Assembly: GCA_965207535.1 (NCBI GenBank)
Contig: CBDBMR010000010.1
Location: 65,400-129,399 of the forward strand
Length of the DNA: 64,000 bases
Reading direction: 5' to 3'
From: Rhodospirillales bacterium
GTDB taxonomy: Bacteria > Pseudomonadota > Alphaproteobacteria > Rhodospirillales > UBA2165
This document shows positions 58,612 through 64,000 of the stretch, piece by piece (within the stretch, counting starts at the first letter, position 1; the number at the start of each line of letters is the position of its first letter). The translations under genes were made by a program, and so were the position numbers. The notes below the pieces were generated by a model. It worked only from the letters and a program-made list of their open reading frames with translations, did no database searches and was not told the DNA's origin.

Positions 58612-59487
58612 ATGTCCATACGTAACCTAAAGACGCTGATCGCGATTGCGGATCACGGCAGCTTCACGGCCGCAGCCGGCGTTGTTAACGTCACCCACGC
58701 AGCAGTGAGCCACCAAATGAAGGCTTTGGAGGAGGAATGGGGCGTTCAACTGTTCAATCGCTCCACCCGGACCCCTGAACTGACGCCCATCGGGCGGGCC
58801 CTGGTCTCGAAGGCGCGTGACGTCGTTGCCGGTTATGATGGGATGGTCCTGTCGGTCACCAGTGAGATCGGATTCAGAGGGAATCTTTCCATTGGCGCCG
58901 TTCCCACAACGCTTTCCGGTTTGATGCCGGCGATCCTTCGGCTGTTGAGAGAGGAACACCCCGCGCTGTTTGTTCGCGTGGTGTCCGGTCTGACTACCGA
59001 ACTAATTGCCCAGGTTGAACGCGGCGCCCTGGATGCCGCAATTATTTCACTCCCCATGGTCATTCCGAGAACGTGCAATTGGCGAGAGATCGCTGTCGAA
59101 CCGATGGAGCTGATCGCCTCCAAGGACGCCGAGGGTGACGACCCGGTGGAGTTGCTGAAGTCCTATCCGTATATCCGATTCACCCGAAGGGCGGTTGTGG
59201 GCGCGATGATCGAAAACTGGCTACGGAAACAGGATTTTGACGTGGGCGACAGCATGGAGCTGGAGACGCTCGATGCCATCGGAAGCATGGTCTACGAAAA
59301 TTTAGGCGTCGCGATCGTTCCCAGACAATGCGTTCCGGCGAAAGCAGCACATCCGCTAAGGCATTTGTCGTTTGATCCGCCACCGCCATCACGGGTACTG
59401 GGGCTTCTGTCGTGGGGTGACACGGTAAAACCCAAAGTACTGGACGCCGTGTTCGACAAAGCGGTAGAGGCGGTAGAGGCAGCGTAA
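58612..59487 (+). CDS. LysR-family transcriptional regulator
   Basis: N-terminal HTH (LKTLIAIADHGSFTAAAGVVNVTHAAVSHQMKALE) plus a LysR substrate-binding domain. Confidence 0.9.
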   Translation: MSIRNLKTLIAIADHGSFTAAAGVVNVTHAAVSHQMKALEEEWGVQLFNRSTRTPELTPIGRALVSKARDVVAGYDGMVLSVTSEIGFRGNLSIGAVPTTLSGLMPAILRLLREEHPALFVRVVSGLTTELIAQVERGALDAAIISLPMVIPRTCNWREIAVEPMELIASKDAEGDDPVELLKSYPYIRFTRRAVVGAMIENWLRKQDFDVGDSMELETLDAIGSMVYENLGVAIVPRQCVPAKAAHPLRHLSFDPPPPSRVLGLLSWGDTVKPKVLDAVFDKAVEAVEAA

Positions 59488-59508
59488 AAAATGCCGGCCC
59501 GGTAGCGT

Positions 59509-60189
59509 TCAGCCGATTACCTCGTCTTTCCTATCGTCGGTTTCGCCGAAGCGTTTCAGAACCGCGGGCTTGGTGCCTTCATAAATTTCGTCCAGACGGT
59601 GGGCAATTTTCTCGTTCTCGCGTTCGAACAAGCATTTGCCCTCCAGATCCGAGGCAACAATGAATGGGCCCATTCTTTCGGCCTCTATCACCCACATGGC
59701 CTGCGCAAGACCGACTTCTTTCTCCCAATGGATATCGACGACCCGCTTGATGCCCCGCCCCAATAGCGCGCCGGTTCCGTATCCGACGGTGGAGAGATAA
59801 ACCGCACCATGAGGTACGAAAATGCTCTTGTAGAGCTCGCTTGTCATTCCGCCTTTTCCGATAATGATTTTGGCGCCGGACTTGTCCATCCATTCGGACA
59901 GCCACTTGGCGAACCGGAAGGAGGCCGTCGCGGTCACTGCACCCATGTTGAACGTGCCGTCCTCGTTGATTGAGGCTGCGGGGGAGCAATGGAAATTGGT
60001 CGCGCTCTGCTTCGGCAAGTCCATGGGAATATTCGCCTTCTGCTCTAACGCGCGCATATAGACGCCCTCGCGGGCGGTATAAATCAGCCCGTCGAGATAG
60101 ACGATGTCGCCAAGCTGCAATTCAGCAAGCGCATCATGGGTTGGGGTGGTGCTCAGGCTGATTTCGCGTGGCTTGGCGGGGCGTCCCAT
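59509..60189 (-). CDS. Fe-S type hydro-lyase beta subunit (class I fumarate hydratase/L(+)-tartrate dehydratase C-terminal-domain family)
   Basis: Trimmed to ATG 60189, which overlaps the alpha subunit by 37 nt. Motifs LQLGDIVYLDGLIYTAREG and IIGKGGM are characteristic of the beta subunit. Confidence 0.8.
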   Translation of the reverse strand: MGRPAKPREISLSTTPTHDALAELQLGDIVYLDGLIYTAREGVYMRALEQKANIPMDLPKQSATNFHCSPAASINEDGTFNMGAVTATASFRFAKWLSEWMDKSGAKIIIGKGGMTSELYKSIFVPHGAVYLSTVGYGTGALLGRGIKRVVDIHWEKEVGLAQAMWVIEAERMGPFIVASDLEGKCLFERENEKIAHRLDEIYEGTKPAVLKRFGETDDRKDEVIG

Positions 60190-61121
60190 TCCACTGTCTC
60201 CCTGCGCTGATAATCGGTGAACCAATCGGGATCGGTGCGGTATTCGATCTGGCCGTCGGCCCAGATGCGCGCCACAGCCCTTCGCGAGCTCAGGCAAAAG
60301 GCGTGCACGCTCATTTGCATCCCGCCTGTGTGGCAATAGCCAACCTCGATATTGCAATCGATAACCATGTGCTTGCCGACGAAGCCCATGGCACCCATTC
60401 CGATACTGTTGCCAAGCTCGGTCAGTTCGTCCTCCAGCTCGGCAATTTTCGGATCCGCATTACGTGAGCCGACGGTACGCAGACAAGCGGCGCGCTTGCC
60501 AAGCACCATGCAGGTGTCCTTGCAGCCGCCGAGTCCGATGCCGATTATCGCCGGCTGGCAGGCGAGCCCACGTTTGCCAAATGCCACCAGACTGTCCAGG
60601 TAAAAGCGTTTAATGCCCTCAATGCCATCCGAAGGGAACAGCATCCGGTAGTCGGTGCCAAATAACCCGCCCTTGTGGACCGTGGTCAGGTCTATCCATT
60701 CGCCTTCGGGGGTCGGCTCGAAGCCGTATTCGATTTCCGGGGCGCCGATGCCGACATTGTTGTCATGATCGGTCCGCCATAACGGGTGAACCCGGTTTGG
60801 GCGTAGCGGCAATCCCACCGTTCGGTTTGCTGTTGCCCGCCGCAGCGCCGCTTCCAGAGCGATGGGACCACCCTCGACCTGTGCGGTATTGCTCATCTTC
60901 ACATACCAACGAGGCGTGCCGGTGTCGCCGCACATGGCGCGCCCATCCTCCTTGGCGACCTCGTAGTTTTCCAGCATCGCCTGCAAGACAAATGAGGCCA
61001 AATCGCCTTCCTCTGTGTTCGCGGCAGCCCTAAGTCCGTCCAAATAGTCTTGAGGTATCTCAACGGCGGCTTTGTCCATCAGGACCTCAGCCGTCTTTTC
61101 AATGAGGTCGATCGATATCAT
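60153..61121 (-). CDS. Fe-S type hydro-lyase alpha subunit (class I fumarate hydratase/tartrate dehydratase N-terminal-domain family)
   Basis: 322 aa. The cluster-binding motif is MCGDTGTP, with later Cys residues. Its ATG overlaps the flavoprotein stop (ATGA). Confidence 0.85.
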   Translation of the reverse strand: MISIDLIEKTAEVLMDKAAVEIPQDYLDGLRAAANTEEGDLASFVLQAMLENYEVAKEDGRAMCGDTGTPRWYVKMSNTAQVEGGPIALEAALRRATANRTVGLPLRPNRVHPLWRTDHDNNVGIGAPEIEYGFEPTPEGEWIDLTTVHKGGLFGTDYRMLFPSDGIEGIKRFYLDSLVAFGKRGLACQPAIIGIGLGGCKDTCMVLGKRAACLRTVGSRNADPKIAELEDELTELGNSIGMGAMGFVGKHMVIDCNIEVGYCHTGGMQMSVHAFCLSSRRAVARIWADGQIEYRTDPDWFTDYQRRETVEWDAPPSHAKSA

Positions 61122-62917
61122 TGTGCGGCCTCCTGTGGTTGTCCGGGCGGACCCGGCGGTGCTTCGACCAAAGTTTCCGGCTCACCCTCCGGCAATACGG
61201 TCTCGCCCGGGCGAACAATGGAAAACTCGACCGGTTCACGCGAAACGTTCAGCATATCCCCCTCTTGTTGGATGACGGTGAAATACGACGTGTCCAGATC
61301 TCCCTGGTCAGGGAAATCCTCGCGATAATGCGCGCCGCGAGAGTTCTCTCGTGCGAGCGCCGCTTTAGCGATTACCTCCGAGATATCGCAAAGGCTACGT
61401 AAATTAAGCCAATCATGCCAAGAGAGGTTGAACGCTGGATTCTCCCCCGCGACGCCGGTTTCCATGAGCTCGTCGCTGATATCCTGAATTTGGACGATCC
61501 CATTCTCCAACCCCGCTTGGTCGCGTATGACGCCGACATCGTCCCACATCGCGTTCTGCAACTTCGTCCGAAGATGCTGGGTGTGACCTACCGGTTTGGA
61601 AAATGGATGCTCGGCCCGAACTATCTCGGCGGTCAACACCTCTTCATCGGGATCGCGCAGTGTTGCCGTTTTCCGGACATCCAATCCCATTGTATCGCCG
61701 GCGACCCCGCCATAGACGGTGGAGTTGGCGACCCCGTTGCCGCCCAACCTGTTGGAGCCGTGCGCGCCGCCCGCATCCTCGCCGGCAATGTAGAGCCCTT
61801 CCATCGCGGTCCGGGTATCAGGATCGACCACCACGCCGCCCATGAAATAATGCGCGGTCGGCACAACCTCGACCTTGTCCCCCGCAAGATCAAAGCCGCA
61901 ATCGGCGCAGCGCTTGACCATGCCGGAGAAATTTTGCCGTACTTTTTCGACGCCAAGATGCGACATGGAGATAAAAACACCGCCATTGGGCGAGGAGTTG
62001 TTTTTGCGCATCTCCGAATAGATGCCCCGGCTGACCACATCACGGGTCGCCCGCTCGCCCTTGTCGTCATAGTCGAACATAAACCTATGTTCCGAACCAT
62101 TGAGCAGGTGTCCACCGGCACCGCGCAGCCCTTCCTCGAGCACGGTTCCGGTCATCTTGGTGCCCTCGCCGCCGAGCAGACCGGTGGGATGGAACTGCAC
62201 CATTTCCATATCCCGCAAAGGCAAACCGATGCGTAGCGCCATCGCCAGCCCGTCCATCGTCTTGTCGCCCGACGGCGTGTGGTATTTGTACATGGTCGGA
62301 CCGCCGCCGGTGGCCATTAGGACCGTCTTGGCCCGCACAAATCGAAACTGACCGGTCCGCATGTCGACAAATAGTACTCCGGCCACGGCCGATCGGTCCT
62401 TGGTCGGGATCAGCGCTATGGCCCGGTGTTCCTGCAACTTCTCGGCCGGGCGCGCGAGAACCTGCTCCATGAGCCGGTTGATGATCTCGATCCCGGTTAG
62501 ATCGCCTTTGTGTACGGTGCGGTCGGCAGTCTGGCCCGCGAATGCCTTGTGGTCCAACGTGCCGTCATCCTTACGATCGAAATAGCACCCGATCTCATTC
62601 TCCAATTCCTGCACCCGTATCACCGCCTGCTCACACAGCCTCCAGGCCATGTCTTGGTTTGGCAGCCACTTGCCGCCGACGATCGTATCCATGAAATGAC
62701 GCTCGACGGAGTCACCTGGACCCAGCGCAACGTTATAGCCACCCTGCACCATTCGGGTGCAACCGCATTTGCCGATCAGACCTTTCACCGCAATGGTGAT
62801 TTTCGTGCCGGCAGGAGCCGAATTTTGCGCATGGAGCGCCGCGAACAGACCCGCGCCTCCGGTCCCGAGAATGAGAATATCCGTGTCGTGTCGGCCGATA
62901 TCGGCTTTCGGTGCCAT
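61118..62917 (-). CDS. succinate dehydrogenase/fumarate reductase-type flavoprotein subunit (non-canonical)
   Basis: Trimmed to ATG 62917. Family motifs are GTGGAGLFAA (FAD), FHPTG, LRGAGG, AHYFMGG and SRGAHYREDFP. At the position of the covalent-FAD His (S-H-T-x-x-A-Q-G-G in SdhA/FrdA) the sequence reads G-C-T-R-M-V-Q-G-G. Confidence 0.8.
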   Translation of the reverse strand: MAPKADIGRHDTDILILGTGGAGLFAALHAQNSAPAGTKITIAVKGLIGKCGCTRMVQGGYNVALGPGDSVERHFMDTIVGGKWLPNQDMAWRLCEQAVIRVQELENEIGCYFDRKDDGTLDHKAFAGQTADRTVHKGDLTGIEIINRLMEQVLARPAEKLQEHRAIALIPTKDRSAVAGVLFVDMRTGQFRFVRAKTVLMATGGGPTMYKYHTPSGDKTMDGLAMALRIGLPLRDMEMVQFHPTGLLGGEGTKMTGTVLEEGLRGAGGHLLNGSEHRFMFDYDDKGERATRDVVSRGIYSEMRKNNSSPNGGVFISMSHLGVEKVRQNFSGMVKRCADCGFDLAGDKVEVVPTAHYFMGGVVVDPDTRTAMEGLYIAGEDAGGAHGSNRLGGNGVANSTVYGGVAGDTMGLDVRKTATLRDPDEEVLTAEIVRAEHPFSKPVGHTQHLRTKLQNAMWDDVGVIRDQAGLENGIVQIQDISDELMETGVAGENPAFNLSWHDWLNLRSLCDISEVIAKAALARENSRGAHYREDFPDQGDLDTSYFTVIQQEGDMLNVSREPVEFSIVRPGETVLPEGEPETLVEAPPGPPGQPQEAAQ

Positions 62918-62918
62918 T

Positions 62919-63260
62919 TTATATCGCCTGAAGGAGGAATGTTCCGGAAACCAGTATCGAAACGCCGACGGCCGCGGCGGCGGCAGTTTTCTGGCGCGAT
63001 GTCCAAGGCAAAAACTCCAATGCCAATAGCCGCAGTCCCCCGAAAATATGTACCGCGAGGAGAAACACGAGGCCAAATTCGGCTAATTTTACAACCGCGT
63101 TCTCGGTGAGGAGAAGAAACCCGTCCAGCCGTTCCCTGTCGGTCAGCATCAGGGACAATACCCAGAAGTGGACCGGCAGGAAGAGCGCGAGCGCCAATCC
63201 CGATATCCGATGCACGATGAACGCCAGCCAGAGCGGATGGGAACGGTGCGGCCGGATCAT
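62919..63260 (-). CDS. SdhC-like membrane anchor subunit (3 TM)
   Basis: Trimmed to ATG 63260, which overlaps the upstream stop (ATGA). It carries the motif HRISGLALALFLPVHF, like the SdhC HR.SG haem-ligand region. 113 aa. Confidence 0.55.
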   Translation of the reverse strand: MIRPHRSHPLWLAFIVHRISGLALALFLPVHFWVLSLMLTDRERLDGFLLLTENAVVKLAEFGLVFLLAVHIFGGLRLLALEFLPWTSRQKTAAAAAVGVSILVSGTFLLQAI

Positions 63261-63598
63261 GTTGCACCTACCGCCGTGACGGCCCAAACGGCGCGCGCGC
63301 CCATAAAAAAAAGCCCCAGGAAGATTGCCCAGGTCAGCGAATTTAGTGCGAAGCCTTTCAACTTCAACGTTTCGAAGACGATCACGCGCAGCCCAATTGC
63401 CGCATGGACGGAGACGGCCACGACGAAGGTTCCGTAGAACAGCGCCCATCCAAAGCTGCCTTGCGTGCGGGAAAGAATTTCCTCGGAGGTCAGGCCGTTT
63501 TGCACGGCAATGATTATGACCGCGAGGTGCCCCAGCACGAGGGGCGCCATCACCAACGCCGAAAGCCGCTGCAACAGATAGAGCTTGAGATCGAGCAT
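63257..63598 (-). CDS. SdhD-like membrane anchor subunit (3 TM)
   Basis: 113 aa. The segment LLQRLSALVMAPLVLGH resembles the SdhD ..QR.TA....PL motif. Confidence 0.5.
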   Translation of the reverse strand: MLDLKLYLLQRLSALVMAPLVLGHLAVIIIAVQNGLTSEEILSRTQGSFGWALFYGTFVVAVSVHAAIGLRVIVFETLKLKGFALNSLTWAIFLGLFFMGARAVWAVTAVGAT

Positions 63599-63601
63599 TT
63601 C

Positions 63602-64000
63602 TCAGCTCCCCGGCCTAAGAATGGATAGCGCCGTAGCACGTTTAAGGCCGGCGATAGATGTCATCGGGCTTAACTCGTTTGGGCAAAAGTGTGCGCAGTT
63701 GCCCATGGAATGGCAGTTGTGGCAGCCACCCCCCTGACTGACGGCGGCCAAGATGGACTGCGACCCGCAATCCCTTGTGTCGTTCAATAGGGTCCAAGCG
63801 CGGTTCAGCGCGGCGGGGCCCAAGTAGCCCGGGTTCCCGGCCACCACATCGCAGGCTGCGTAACAGACCCCGCAATTTATGCACTCGATGCCAGCATTCG
63901 CGTTCCGGCGCTCTTCTTCGAGGGGACTGATCTCCTCGACAGGGTCGTTACGGGACTTGGTTGGGTGAAACACACCTCCCGCCTTGCCCCATTTGTCAAA
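63602..64000 (-). CDS. succinate dehydrogenase/fumarate reductase iron-sulfur subunit (C-terminal part; 5' end outside the window)
   Basis: Cluster motifs are CINCGVCYAACD and CHNCHSMGNCAHFCP, with YLGPAALNRAW between them. The frame is open to the window edge. Confidence 0.8.
   Translation of the reverse strand, partial: FDKWGKAGGVFHPTKSRNDPVEEISPLEEERRNANAGIECINCGVCYAACDVVAGNPGYLGPAALNRAWTLLNDTRDCGSQSILAAVSQGGGCHNCHSMGNCAHFCPNELSPMTSIAGLKRATALSILRPGS

Overview
This is a high-GC, gene-dense chromosomal segment with the look of a marine or soil alphaproteobacterium (inference from composition, repeat families and gene content). I call 55 protein-coding regions. I found no rRNA, tRNA, CRISPR array, transposase, integrase or phage gene. 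The content is mainly solute uptake plus oxidoreductases and hydrolases. Uptake systems are a TAXI-type TRAP system with a second orphan TAXI receptor, a DctPQM TRAP system, a NitT/TauT-type ABC importer, a Dpp-like ABC importer with no ATPase gene, a Bug/TctC receptor and a YejA-like receptor. Five regulators are present (GntR, MarR, LacI, LysR). Many long ORFs in the six-frame track are GC-driven shadow frames or N-terminally over-extended; I trimmed starts where a Shine-Dalgarno (SD) sequence plus a conserved N-terminus supports it.

Most interesting observations:
1. An AhpD/CMD-family gene is interrupted by an in-frame TGA exactly at the second Cys of its CxxCxxxH redox motif (C-F-Y-TGA-T-A-G-H). 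The same frame then stays open for 128 more codons, so this is a candidate selenoprotein or a very recent pseudogene.
2. A tightly coupled minus-strand operon encodes a succinate dehydrogenase/fumarate reductase-like complex in the unusual order FeS-D-C-flavoprotein. The covalent-FAD histidine position reads Cys, and the complex is fused operonically to a two-subunit Fe-S hydro-lyase (class I fumarase/tartrate dehydratase type).
3. A LacI-controlled cluster has the order DctP-DctQ-DctM-HisD-like-SDR-Zn-ADH followed by SuyA/SuyB-like genes. This matches the known hpsKLMNOP plus suyAB route for 2,3-dihydroxypropane-1-sulfonate (DHPS).
4. A 21-codon ORF with a 13-nt perfect SD sits at the tail of a molybdopterin-oxidoreductase/PhyH-dioxygenase operon.
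5. Two dispersed palindromic repeat families punctuate operon boundaries.

All functional calls come from motif and family recognition by eye. No database search was possible.
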